Source: an uncultured Planctomycetaceae bacterium (lineage in GTDB: Bacteria > Planctomycetota > Planctomycetia > Isosphaerales > Isosphaeraceae). Taken from it: a stretch of 64,000 nt of DNA. The stretch is taken from NCBI GenBank assembly GCA_963833985.1, contig CAWIAD010000001.1:2496001-2560000 (forward strand), read 5' to 3'. Position numbers and translations under genes: made by a program. Under the pieces are notes generated by a model. That model did no database searches. It saw nothing but the letters and a program-made list of their open reading frames with translations, and was not told the DNA's origin. Shown here one piece after another: positions 42,982-53,304 of this stretch. How positions within the stretch are numbered: position 1 is the stretch's first letter; each line of letters opens with the position of its first letter.

Positions 42982-43758
42982 GTGACACTTGAACCAGCCG
43001 TGGAAGAATGTCCGATTCCTCCCTCCGGGAAGCCGATGCGCCCGGTCGCCTCACAGGGTCGTCAGCACAAGGTCCATCGCGTAGGATGGTTCGCGGGGGT
43101 GCTTGTGACCAGCCAGGATTGGACCATCGGACATGCGGCGAGAGCGGGAGAGCATCGGCCGAATCATGATCGGTGTTACCGCGCTGGTATGCCACGGGTT
43201 GGCGTCCTCCGGCGCGTCCCCATGCTCGGCGGTCGCGCCGGGGACCCGCGATGCGGCGATGGAGCGCATCTTTGTTCGGCTCGAACCGCGCCGATTGAGC
43301 CACCCATCAGCATTGTGCATTGGCGGCTGCTGCGCAATGAGATCCGCAGGTGGACGCGTGAACGTGCCATGCCCGTCGAGGATACGTTCGAGGAGTGGGC
43401 GTTCGGGGGCGAGCCGGAAGAGAAGCGATTTCGCGAGCAGCTCTCCAGGCTGCTGGAGACCAAGCTGGAAACCGTGAGCCAGTACTTCGCGCTCTCGGAG
43501 GTACAGCGCAAAAAGCTGCACCTGGCGGGACTTGGCGATGTCAAGCACCTGCTCGACCGCGTTCATGAATCCCGCCAGGCGTTCGCGGGGGCCTGTGCAG
43601 ACATCCGCCTGCTTCCCTTGCTGCAAACCCGGTTGAGGGTGGTCGAGGACCAGATCAGCAGCGGCCCCTTCGAGTCGGGCTCGATGCTTCTCAAGACGCT
43701 CCGCAAAATGTCGAACGAGCTCGAGCTGCGGCCCAGGGAGAATTCACCCCCGGGTTGA
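42982..43758 (+). CDS. Helical hypothetical protein (start uncertain)
   Basis: C-terminal half looks coding (FEEWAFG...LSEVQRKKLHLAGLGDVK). Confidence 0.5.
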   Translation: MTLEPAVEECPIPPSGKPMRPVASQGRQHKVHRVGWFAGVLVTSQDWTIGHAARAGEHRPNHDRCYRAGMPRVGVLRRVPMLGGRAGDPRCGDGAHLCSARTAPIEPPISIVHWRLLRNEIRRWTRERAMPVEDTFEEWAFGGEPEEKRFREQLSRLLETKLETVSQYFALSEVQRKKLHLAGLGDVKHLLDRVHESRQAFAGACADIRLLPLLQTRLRVVEDQISSGPFESGSMLLKTLRKMSNELELRPRENSPPG

Positions 43759-43903
43759 GCCGCGTTTCCCCAGCGACGTTGCATCGGCCTTTCGGCTTCC
43801 GTGGCACACGTGCGAGACGGCCCGGCATGAGATGGTAAGGGGCATCGCCGGAGAGCCCCCTTGATCTGCGCACGGCTGTGAGCCCTCATTGTGGAGCCGC
43901 ATC

Positions 43904-44290
43904 ATGAAAACCTTCCGCGAACACTTGCTGTATCTTGCTCCAAGAGTCCTGTGTGTGCTCTTTGCTCTCTTTTTGAGCCTCTTCGCCCTGGATGTCTTCC
44001 AGGACGGCCTTGGCTTCTGGAAAACCTTGCTGGCGCTCATGATTCACTTGATTCCCGTGTTCCTTGTGCTGGCCATCCTGGCTATTGCCTGGCGCTGGGA
44101 ATGGGCGGGCGCGGTGCTGCTCGCCGGCCTCGGGATGTATTACCTGGTCAGCACCAGGCTGCACATGCACTGGACCGCTTATGCCCTGATCTGCGGTCCT
44201 CTCTTCGTCATCAGCGCGCTGTTTCTGGCCGGATGGATCTCGAGAAAAAACCGGATGCGGAAACTCCCGGAGAATTTACTGGACACATGA
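43904..44290 (+). CDS. Small 4-TM membrane protein
   Basis: PRVLCVLFALFLSLFALDVF, HLIP, IAWRWE. Confidence 0.75.
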   Translation: MKTFREHLLYLAPRVLCVLFALFLSLFALDVFQDGLGFWKTLLALMIHLIPVFLVLAILAIAWRWEWAGAVLLAGLGMYYLVSTRLHMHWTAYALICGPLFVISALFLAGWISRKNRMRKLPENLLDT

Positions 44291-44353
44291 GTAGTCCCAG
44301 GGCATACTGCTGCGAGTTCAACTATCTCTTTGTTCACCGAGGAGGCCAGAAGT

Positions 44354-44926
44354 ATGAACGCTCGACCAGGGCTGGCGAGGATCGGATTGGCGGCAGCCGC
44401 GATGTTCCTGCTGGCACAAGTGCTGGTTGCTCAGGAGATGCCAGCGCCCAAACCCACCGCGGAGCACGAACAGCTTGCGGCCGATGCGGGAACCTGGGAC
44501 GCAACCATCAAGGTCTGGGAGCCGGGAGGACAGTCGGAACCGGCGGTCTCCAAGGGCGTGGAGACGAACAGGCGGATGCCGGGTGGGTTGTGGATGCTCA
44601 GCGAGTTTCATGGCCAGTTCGGCGGCGTGGCGTTTCACGGCCAGGGCCAGACCGGCTATGACCCGCTCAAGAAGAAGTATGTCGGCACGTGGGTCGACTC
44701 GCTGTCTCCCTCAATGATGGTCATGGAAGGGGACCTTGACCCCAAGACGAACACTCTCGTCATGCACGCCAAGGGGACCGCGCCCAATGGCTCGCCTTAC
44801 GAGGCGCGCATGACGAGCGTGAGAAATGACAAGGAATCTCGTGTTTTCACGATGTCGATGAAGATGCAAGAGGGAGGCGAATTCGTGAAGATGATGGAGA
44901 TCACCTATCGCAAGCGGCCCGAGTGA
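44354..44926 (+). CDS. DUF1579 family secreted protein
   Basis: Signal peptide, PTAEH, GYDPLKKKYVGTWVDS, MEITYRK; GGAGG RBS. Confidence 0.88.
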   Translation: MNARPGLARIGLAAAAMFLLAQVLVAQEMPAPKPTAEHEQLAADAGTWDATIKVWEPGGQSEPAVSKGVETNRRMPGGLWMLSEFHGQFGGVAFHGQGQTGYDPLKKKYVGTWVDSLSPSMMVMEGDLDPKTNTLVMHAKGTAPNGSPYEARMTSVRNDKESRVFTMSMKMQEGGEFVKMMEITYRKRPE

Positions 44927-44947
44927 GCCTGACGCGCGCAGGGGGGT

Positions 44948-46084
44948 CTAGGGCTGCTCAGGGAGCGGATGGCTGCCCAAGGCAACAAGCCAGTTCGTCA
45001 CGGCCGCCCCGACACGGCGGATGCTCAGCGAGAATTGTTTACCCAGCGGACCGCCGAAGTGGAACGCCAGCCACTCGACGGCCCGCGTGTTCACTTCGGC
45101 AACCAGGCCGATGAACGGATGGAGCTTCACACTCTCCATGCCGCCTGCCACCTGAGCGTACATCGAGGTCCGCGTCCGGCCGCCCGACTTGCAGTAGATC
45201 GCGAAGTTCTCGCAGTTGAACTTCAGCAGACTGTAGGGGTATGTTTTCCCGACCTCGGAAAGGGCGGTTTCCGCGATGGTTGGCACCGGCACCGGCGTCA
45301 GGTCCGGGTAGGTCCAGTGCTGCGGAATCCGATCCTCCAGGAACCGCTCCCAGGTGACGCGATGGACATGGTTGTCGTTGAGGTAGTGCACGATCTCGCC
45401 ATCGCCAATGTAGACGCCCAGGTGAAAGGCGGTCCCGAAGTAGACCGCGTAAAGCTCGCCCGCCTCGGGCTCGAGCGCGCCGGGCTCGTAAACTAAAGGC
45501 GCACTCGAGTGCGGCGAGCGCAGGGCGATCCAGCTCAGCGTGCCACCAAAGAGCATGAGCTTCATGCCCACGAAGACTCCGGCCCAGCGCAGGGTCTCGC
45601 CGGTCAGGTTCAGGAGGATCACCAGGCTGATGGCCAGGGTGGCCAGGCCGGCGGCCAGCAGCAGCTTGCCGCCATGCAGGGTTGGCGACCGCAGCGCCAT
45701 GTCCAGCAACACCAGAGCCTCCAGCAAAAAGAGCAGCCCCAACACCAGCGTGACGATGCGCACCGAGCCCCGCCAGTGATTCATGAGGACCAGGCCCATC
45801 GCCACGTCAATGGCCACTTGGAGCAAGATGGCCGGCCACGATCGTTCGCGTTCGGCCGCGCGGCGCAGGCCGACGAGCAGTTGAAAGCCCTTGAGGACGC
45901 CGGAGACCACGAGCACGACCCCGACCAGCCAGGACAGCGAGCCGAAGAGGAAAAAGGGCAGGGCCGACGCCAGCGCGCCGAGAACCAGGCAGGACATGCC
46001 GACGGCCAGCAGGATGCCTCGGCTGAGGCCGAACTGGTGTTCGATTCGATTGACGATCGTCGAGACATTCGTATGCAGGCTCAT
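44948..46084 (-). CDS. HdeD/DUF308-like membrane domain fused to an LRAT (permuted NlpC/P60) domain
   Basis: About 6 TMs, then FHLGVYIGDGEIVHY and YSLLKFNCENFAIYCK. Confidence 0.8.
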   Translation of the reverse strand: MSLHTNVSTIVNRIEHQFGLSRGILLAVGMSCLVLGALASALPFFLFGSLSWLVGVVLVVSGVLKGFQLLVGLRRAAERERSWPAILLQVAIDVAMGLVLMNHWRGSVRIVTLVLGLLFLLEALVLLDMALRSPTLHGGKLLLAAGLATLAISLVILLNLTGETLRWAGVFVGMKLMLFGGTLSWIALRSPHSSAPLVYEPGALEPEAGELYAVYFGTAFHLGVYIGDGEIVHYLNDNHVHRVTWERFLEDRIPQHWTYPDLTPVPVPTIAETALSEVGKTYPYSLLKFNCENFAIYCKSGGRTRTSMYAQVAGGMESVKLHPFIGLVAEVNTRAVEWLAFHFGGPLGKQFSLSIRRVGAAVTNWLVALGSHPLPEQP

Positions 46085-46917
46085 GTTGCCTCGTGGCCTG
46101 GCTGGCCCGTTCTTGGTTCCCGTTCGAGAACGAATTCCAGGGTTGTCCGGATGACGTCTGCACGCTCGTAGTCGAGCGCCACCAGGTGGTCCGTGCGGTC
46201 GAGCATGACGAGCCGCTTGTCTGCTGCCCCCAAGTTGCGGTATAGCCAGGCGGCATTGTCCGGTTCGACGACGGTATCCAACCGCCCCTGCAAGATCAGC
46301 GTGGGCGTGGGAATGGAGGGCACCAGCGGCTTGACCCGGTCGATCAGCTCCAGCGCGCTACAGGCCGCGTTCAGGTTGAAGGTGCGGAATCGATCGTTGC
46401 CCGCAGCCCAGGCTCTCATCACTGGATCGCGCACCGCTGGCGGCCTGCGCGGCAGGTCCGGAATGAGCCGCGCCAGGTGCCGCAGGTAAGACGCCGGACG
46501 CAAGGGGACGAACCGGGTGTAGCGGATGGCCAGGAAAGGAGCCATCAGCACCTGCCGGGCCACGGCTCTGCGGCTGGCGAGGTCGAGTGCGAGCGTGCCG
46601 CCGGTCGAGAAGCCAATGACGGCCACGGGCCCGCCCCCCCTGCAAAGACCATCGTAGGCGCGTTCCACTGCTGCCGCCCAGTCTTCCCAGCACGAGGCCG
46701 GCATGACTGGCCCCGGGCCTTCATGACCCGGCAGCACAGGCGCCTCCACGCGCAATCCAGCACCGCGGAGGGCAACAATCAGCGGCTCCAGCTCATACAG
46801 GCCTCCGCCCAGGCCGTGCAGTACCAGGCAACTGACGGACTTGCTTCCGCGGGTCAGATCAGGATTGCTGACCGCGGCCGGAGGCTCCGCATTGCATGTG
46901 CGGCCTGCCTGCTCCAT
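46081..46917 (-). CDS. Alpha/beta hydrolase (carboxylesterase/monoacylglycerol lipase type)
   Basis: LHGLGG, LPGH, GFSTG nucleophile, QGRLDTVV, TDH. Confidence 0.9.
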   Translation of the reverse strand: MEQAGRTCNAEPPAAVSNPDLTRGSKSVSCLVLHGLGGGLYELEPLIVALRGAGLRVEAPVLPGHEGPGPVMPASCWEDWAAAVERAYDGLCRGGGPVAVIGFSTGGTLALDLASRRAVARQVLMAPFLAIRYTRFVPLRPASYLRHLARLIPDLPRRPPAVRDPVMRAWAAGNDRFRTFNLNAACSALELIDRVKPLVPSIPTPTLILQGRLDTVVEPDNAAWLYRNLGAADKRLVMLDRTDHLVALDYERADVIRTTLEFVLEREPRTGQPGHEAT

Positions 46918-46980
46918 GTGTCGAACCGCCCAGGTATTCGTCCCGCACAAGGCGGATCCACGTTGACCGCCCCCGGATCT

Positions 46981-47145
46981 CCGGTAAGGACGAGAACCTG
47001 CTTCCTGTTATAGGGGTATCAGATCCCGGAGCCCGCCTCAACCCGCGAGCACCGGGCTGACGGCAAGTCTCCGGGCGGAACCGGATCAAGTGGTTGGCGG
47101 CGAGATCTCACCCCGTGCTCCGCGAGAAGTGCGTCCTTTTGCCGG
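46981..47145 (+). ncRNA. Candidate structured RNA, 6S RNA-like (strand not certain)
   Basis: Nested pairings by eye: CCGGTAAGGACG/CGTCCTTTTGCCGG, CTTC/GAAG, bubble, GGGGT/ACCCC, AGATC/GATCT, CCGCC..AACC/GGTTGGCGG, terminal GAC-GGCAA-GTC. Lies upstream of rny-ymdB. Confidence 0.45.
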
Positions 47146-48077
47146 TTGGGCGCGAAAGGTGGGCGGGACGCTGCTTGCAGGTTTGCCGAGATTCCACCCG
47201 CCAATTGATTCGCGCTGGCCATCTGGTAAATTAATGAATCTCTCACACGCCTTGACCGGCGCGTGGGTTCGATCGTCGGCGCCGGGATCGGCAGGGAGCT
47301 CTCGTGGCTTCCGCGCGCCATCCAGACGTGGGCGAGCGCGAAGAGTACGATTTCCTGGCTTTCGACTGCCTGCCGCCTGGAGGGTGCCAACTGGTCCCGA
47401 AGAGACCTTCCGGCGGGTGCGGATGGCAGAAGCTGACACATTTCAACCGACAACGACAACCGCGCTGAGCGCGAAGGCAGTGGTGTTCGGGTGGTAAGCG
47501 GCTGGAGCGTGATGAACCTGACGCTGGCCTTGATGCTGGCCGCATGGACCGGTCTGGGGCTCCCGGGCTGGAGGCGGGTCAGGAAGTCGCGGACCGCGGG
47601 CAGGTTGGCCTCGTCCGCTGCGGCGCGCCGGCTCCGGCCGGCCGATGACCAGCGCAGCTCCGCGGGGCGCTCGGGAACTCGAGTCCGAAACACGGTCTCG
47701 CCCCGGACAGCCGCCGGCTCCCCTGCCTCCACGTCTGACCGCGCGCGGATTGATCCCGTGATTGGTGTGGGTGCAAGGGTTCCCTGCGCCTGCCTTTCCT
47801 GTTTGCGGCAGGGTCTCTGCCGGGTCCTCCTCGCGTTGCGAGCGCGGACGTTCACGGTGTTGGAAGAGTGTCCCCTGCGCTTCGCGCTCGCCGTTCGGTC
47901 TGGTTTCGCCGTCCGCTCCGCTTGCAGCCCTGGCGTCTGATCGTCCCCGGCCCGCCTTGCGCGGGACTGGCCACGCGATCCTTGTCCGGGCGGCCTCGAG
48001 CAAGCGCCTGCCCCGGTGAACAACATTCTTCCGAGCCAGGCATGTCGAATGTTTGAAGTGAAAGGCCGGGCGGCGCC

Positions 48078-49636
48078 GTGGACGGACCGATGATTGGGGG
48101 ATTGGCCGGGCTGATCCTGGGTATGCTGGGCGGCACCGCCGGAGCTTACCTGATGGGCCGCCTGCGCCGCCAGACCGCCCGCGGGCTGGCCGAGCAGTTA
48201 CTCACCAGCGCCCATCGCGAGGCGGATACCATTCGCATGCAGGCCGAGCTCCTGGCCAAGGAAGACACGCTGCGGCGCCGCGAGGAGCTCGACCGCGAGC
48301 TCGAAGAAGCACGCAGGGGCCTGCGCGAGCAGGAGCGGAAACTCGAAAAACGCAGCGATCTGCTGGACCAGAAGCTCGAGATGATCAATCGCAAGGACCG
48401 CGAGTTCGAGTCGATACAACATTATCTCACCGAGCAGCAAGAAGAAGTTCAAAAGCGGCATCTCGACCTGAAACAGATCCAGACCGAACAGCGCGAGCTG
48501 CTGCACAAGATCGGCCGGCTTGGCCCCGAGGAGGCGCGGACGATGCTGCTGGGGCGGATCCACGACGAGCTCAGGGGAGAGATCGGCGCGGTCGTTATGC
48601 GGCACGACGCGGCCGTGCGCGAGACCTGCCAGCAGCGAGCCCGCGAGATCCTCACGACGACAATCCAGCGCTATGCCGCGGCCCACACCGCCGAGGTCAC
48701 CGTGAGCACGATCGACATTCCCAGCGACGAGATGAAGGGACGCATCATCGGCCGCGAGGGCCGCAACATTCGGGCCTTCGAGAAGGCCACCGGTGTGGAT
48801 GTGATCGTGGACGACACGCCGGGCGTGGTTGTGGTGACGGGCTTTGACAGCGTCCGCCGCGAGATCGCCAAGATTGCCCTCGAAGAAGCTGATCCAGGAC
48901 GGCCGCATTCATCCGACCCGGATCGAGGAGATCGTCCGGGACACCCAGGAAGAAATGGAGCAGCATATTCGCCGCATTGGCCAGGAAGCCGCGCAAGAGG
49001 CCGAGGTTCCAAACCTCAACGACAGGCTGCTGGACTACCTGGGCCGGCTCAAGTTCCGCACCAGTTATTCCCAGAACGTGCTCAGGCACTCCATCGAGGT
49101 GGCGTTCCTGACCGGCATGATGGCCGAGGAGATTGGCCTCAACGGCGGCGCTGGGCCGGCGCTGCGGGCTGCTGCACGACATCGGCAAGGCGGCCGATCA
49201 TGAGATGGAGGGGGGGCACCCCGCCGTCGGAGCCGAGCTCGCCAAGCGCTACGGAGAGGGCCCGCAGGTGGTCCATGCCGCGCTGGGACATCACGACGAC
49301 CTTCGGGTGGATGCCCCGTACACGGTGCTGGTGGCCGCGGCGGACGCCATCAGTGCCAGCCGCCCGGGTGCCCGCCGCGAGACGCTCGAAAAGTACGTGC
49401 GCCGGCTCGAGGAGCTGGAGGCGCTGGCCCTGGGCTTCCCCGGCGTCGAGCACGCGTACGCCATCCAGGCGGGCCGGGAGGTCCGGGTCATCGTGGATAG
49501 CCAGCTCCTCGACGATGCCGGATCGGCGTCCCTCTGCCGCGACGTGGCCCGGGCCATCCAGAGCCAGCTCAACTATCCCGGCGAGGTGAAAGTGACCGTC
49601 CTGCGGGAGACGCGCGCGGTCGAGTTCGCGCGCTAG
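48078..49636 (+). CDS. rny: Ribonuclease Y, two frameshifts (near 48885 and 49147)
   Basis: N-terminal TM, coiled coil, KH ([13 protein letters not shown]), HD (LLHDIGK), [23 protein letters not shown]. Confidence 0.95.
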
Positions 49637-49684
49637 ACGAGCAAGCCAGCAAGGCATGGTTTCCTTCCAGAGAGCGAGCCGCGC

Positions 49685-50542
49685 ATGCCACTGAAGATCC
49701 TGTTCATCGGCGACGTCGTCGGTTCGCCGGGACGCAAGATCGTCTGTCAGGCGCTGCCGCGGCTGATCCTGCGCTGGCAACTCGGCCTGGTGGTCTGCAA
49801 TGCCGAGAACGCCGCCGGTGGCTCTGGGCTCACGGTTCGCTGCTTCGAGGAGCTGATGGACGCCGGGGCCGACGTCCTGACCATGGGTGACCATGTCTAT
49901 CGCAAGGATGAGATCTTCAAGGTCTTCGAACGCACGGAGCGGGTCCTGCGACCAGCCAATTTGCCGCTCGACGCTCCGGGGCCCGAGCTGGCCCTGGTCC
50001 AGGCCCGCGACGGTACCACGGCCGCCGTTTTCACCGTGCTTGGCCGCACGTTCATGCGGCCCGTGGACTGTCCCTTCCGCGCCGCGGACCGGCTCATCGA
50101 TCAGCTCCGCGGGACCGCACGGGTCGTGGTCGTGGACGTCCATGCCGAGGCCACCAGCGACAAACAGCTTCTTGGCCGCTACCTGGATGGCCGCGTGTCG
50201 GCCGTACTGGGCACCCACACCCACGTCACCACCGCCGATGAGCATATTCTCAAGCAAGGTACCGCTTACCAGACGGACGTGGGCATGACAGGCCCGCACG
50301 ACTCGATCATCGGCCGCCGCTATGACCGTGTCCTGAGCACTGCCCTGACGGCCGTCCCCGCGTACTTCGACGTGGCCACCGGCGACCCGCAACTCCACGC
50401 GACGCTCGTCTCCGTCGATCCCGAAACGGGCAAAGCGCTGGAGATCCAGCGGGTGAGTATTGATCACGAGGAATCTCACAGGCTTCTGACTCAGGCACCC
50501 GAGCCGCCACAGCCACAACCGCCTCCGTCCCGTTCCCCTTGA
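49685..50542 (+). CDS. ymdB: YmdB/TIGR00282 metallophosphoesterase
   Basis: GDVVG, NAENAAGG, DVHAEATS, GTHTH, TDVGMTG. Confidence 0.95.
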   Translation: MPLKILFIGDVVGSPGRKIVCQALPRLILRWQLGLVVCNAENAAGGSGLTVRCFEELMDAGADVLTMGDHVYRKDEIFKVFERTERVLRPANLPLDAPGPELALVQARDGTTAAVFTVLGRTFMRPVDCPFRAADRLIDQLRGTARVVVVDVHAEATSDKQLLGRYLDGRVSAVLGTHTHVTTADEHILKQGTAYQTDVGMTGPHDSIIGRRYDRVLSTALTAVPAYFDVATGDPQLHATLVSVDPETGKALEIQRVSIDHEESHRLLTQAPEPPQPQPPPSRSP

Positions 50543-50629
50543 GGCTCATTGCCGGACTGGAGGCACTGCGTCCATTCCCCCGGCCCCGGTGTTGCAAGAC
50601 CTCCGGAGCCGGAGCCGTCTTCCCGTCCC

Positions 50630-51646
50630 TCACAGGGGCCAGCCCACGCACAGCCTTCGCTCCAGGCGTGCCAGGCCGCGAAGTACCCCTCGACCCACTG
50701 CGTCAGGATCCTCGAACCGGGTCCGGTCGAGAAAATGCCAGCGCAGCCAGTGACCCGCGATCAGGAGATCGCCGGCCGACTCGATCGCCGCCACCAGAAC
50801 GACTTCGGAAGGGTCCAGGGGCCGAACTTGCCGGTACGCCTCCAGGGCCAGGCCACGAAGCGGCAAGCCGGGAGGGATCCACGCGCCGATGAGCCGCGCC
50901 AGGTCCGTGGCCACGCTGTCAATTCCCATGGCCCCGAAGTCGATCACGCCGGTCAGCATCTCCCCCTCGAAGAGAAAATGCTCAGGACGCGCATCGCGCA
51001 GCACCGGCTGGAGGGGCACTTCCAGCCGCGCGGCGTCGCGCAGGGAGGGAAGCAGCCCGGGGATTGCCGCCCGTGCCAGGCCCACCCAGCGCAGGCCGGG
51101 GCCAGCCAGCGCGTCGGCCGGTGAGCGCTCCAGCAGAGCAGCAAGCTCATCGAGCCCACGGCCGGCCAGCGCCTCGATCTCGCTGATGCGGAGCCGCAGG
51201 CCAGGGCTGGCCTTGCGTTCCGACTGTGCGGAAATCCGCCGGTGCAGGCGGCCCAGGGCTCCGAAGGCCGAGCAAACGCGTGCCTGCGCGGGGGGGGTGT
51301 CCAGATCAGGACAACCCGGCAGCCAGGGAGCAAGCTCCCAGAATCGGCCCGCCTGGTGAAGCAGCGTGCGGCCGTCGCGCTGGCGCACCGGCACGGCGAC
51401 GGGAACCTGGTCAAGATCGGCCATGGCCTCCAGCCAGCCGTGGGTCCGTTCCAGTTGCCACCTGGCCGGCGGCTGCCAGACCTCGGGCCAGGCTCGCAGC
51501 ACCATCTCGCCGGCCGGGGAACGGTACTTCCAGAGCAGAGCGCCGCTGGTTCCCCCCGCGTTCCCGAGCCGCTGTATGGGGGAAAGCGGCTGGAATGGCG
51601 GGGAGTAATGCTCCAGAACGGCCATGGCCTCGCGATCGGGTATCAA
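50630..51646 (-). CDS. APH/type II homoserine kinase-like phosphotransferase
   Basis: GGTSGA loop, LGRLH, LRDARPEHFLF, GVIDFG, DLARL. Confidence 0.8.
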   Translation of the reverse strand: MIPDREAMAVLEHYSPPFQPLSPIQRLGNAGGTSGALLWKYRSPAGEMVLRAWPEVWQPPARWQLERTHGWLEAMADLDQVPVAVPVRQRDGRTLLHQAGRFWELAPWLPGCPDLDTPPAQARVCSAFGALGRLHRRISAQSERKASPGLRLRISEIEALAGRGLDELAALLERSPADALAGPGLRWVGLARAAIPGLLPSLRDAARLEVPLQPVLRDARPEHFLFEGEMLTGVIDFGAMGIDSVATDLARLIGAWIPPGLPLRGLALEAYRQVRPLDPSEVVLVAAIESAGDLLIAGHWLRWHFLDRTRFEDPDAVGRGVLRGLARLERRLCVGWPL

Positions 51647-51658
51647 GGGAAGCGATTC

Positions 51659-52534
51659 TCAAGGGGGATTCTCGACCTCAGCCTCTGGTGTAAGCCCAAC
51701 CGGGTGGTCCGGCACCTTCGTCGAACGGGCCATCAGGTCCCGAAATGCCGCGTCAAAGCGGTGGCAGACCTCCGCCTGCACGGTCTTGTCGCCCGCCTGC
51801 CGCGGTTCAAAACCCGAAAGGTCGACCGGTTCACCGAAGATCACCACCGAGTGCGACGGTGTGATCAACGACTTGCCGATCATGTTCGTCTCCGGGGTCC
51901 CGCGAATGTAGGCGGGAATCACGGGAACGCCGGACCGCACAGCGAGGTACGCGGCCCCCGGCAAGATTGGACCGAGCTCCCGTCCGGAGCTGGGGGTGAT
52001 CCGGCCTTCGGGAAAGATGGGCAGCACACGCCCCGACTCGAGCCGCCGCAGCGCGGTCCGGATGGCCTGGAGGTCGCGACCGTCGCGGTTCACGGGAATG
52101 CACCCCACGCGCCTGGTGAACCAGTGAATCAGCGACCATTCATAGTATTCACGAGCGATGATGAAGCCCAGGATGCGCTGGCATCCGGCCTGGAGGATGA
52201 GATGATCAATCCCGCAGGTGTGGTTGGCGATGAGGATGGCCGGACCGTGCGCGGGCAAGGGCGCCCAGCCGTTGGTCCTGAGGCGGTGCCAGAGCCCGCA
52301 GTAGGCAATCACAGCCCAGTGCATGGGGCGCAGCGAGCCGTGTACCTCGGGCAGCAGGGGCGGCCCGGGAGCCGCCGGCTTGCTCAGCAGCAGGCGCGGC
52401 AGCAAGAGGATGAGCACCGAGAGCGAGAGCAGCAGCCAGCAACTCATGAGGGGCTCACGGGCAAGGAGAACAGGCGATGGCGTCCAGCGGCCGGTGCATT
52501 CGCCGGGAGTCATTCCTGGTAGTCGGGTCTGCAA
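51659..52534 (-). CDS. Lysophospholipid acyltransferase (PlsC family)
   Basis: NHTCGID (HX4D), IPVNR, FPEG, VPVIP. Confidence 0.92.
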   Translation of the reverse strand: MQTRLPGMTPGECTGRWTPSPVLLAREPLMSCWLLLSLSVLILLLPRLLLSKPAAPGPPLLPEVHGSLRPMHWAVIAYCGLWHRLRTNGWAPLPAHGPAILIANHTCGIDHLILQAGCQRILGFIIAREYYEWSLIHWFTRRVGCIPVNRDGRDLQAIRTALRRLESGRVLPIFPEGRITPSSGRELGPILPGAAYLAVRSGVPVIPAYIRGTPETNMIGKSLITPSHSVVIFGEPVDLSGFEPRQAGDKTVQAEVCHRFDAAFRDLMARSTKVPDHPVGLTPEAEVENPP

Positions 52535-52579
52535 CGCAGGTGAGGCAACCCGACCGCGACCATGCGGGGCGGAACCGCG

Positions 52580-52857
52580 TCAGGCGGCCGCCTTGATCTC
52601 GCGCCCAGAAGCTCCGTCAGATCGCTGACCTGCTTCAGCTTCGGAATCTCGTCGAGGTCGATGGCGATGTGGTAGCGATCCTCGACCAGCATGATCACCC
52701 GGACCAGGTCCAGCGAGTCGAGAGTCAGCTCCTCCAGAAGCAGCGACTGCGGAGTGATCTGTGCGCTCCGTGATTTCGCCGAGACGTCGTGGATCAGACC
52801 GACGACGACCTGGAAGAGGTCGCTGGACGCTTCAACCACATTCGCTGATTTCATCAT
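52580..52857 (-). CDS. Acyl carrier protein (probable terminal indel near 52605)
   Basis: LTLDSLDLV phosphopantetheine motif; a shifted frame ends REIKAAA* at 52580. Confidence 0.85.
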
Positions 52858-53304
52858 AGATCGCCTCAATTCGATTCGGGAGCCGGCAAGCGTCGCATGC
52901 ATGGTTCAGAACGCCACCCCTTCGGCGACGGAAGTGAATGGAGCCGGTACCGCCCAGAAACGAGATGAGGAACAGGATGAGGCAGGACGACGCGACTCTG
53001 CAAGCCGACGTTTCTCGAAGATACCTCGGTTGTTCGGTGTGGAGAAATTCAGTCTTTTTGGGAATCTTGTCAAGCGCGATTCGTGCCGGCGCCGGCACAG
53101 TGCCAACATACGTATTTTTCCGGAGGAATCGACACTGGCTCGTTGATGGCTCCGGGAAAGCCCACTACAATAGGCGACCGTACAGGTGTGGCAGGTCGTC
53201 ATTCGCACGGTCGTTATCGCGTGCGGACCGGGGGTGCGAATCCCTCGTTCTTTGTGAGTTCTGGACGTCCTCGCCCGTCTGAGACCCCCTGAAGGAGCAA
53301 CACT

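Noticed and set aside
46981..47145. tRNA-Sec or SRP RNA
   Set aside because: No TTCGA T-loop or CCA end, and no SRP helix-8 motif on either strand.
48078..49636. rny as a pseudogene or programmed frameshift
   Set aside because: All domains are intact, there is no slippery heptamer, and the same indel pattern occurs across the window.
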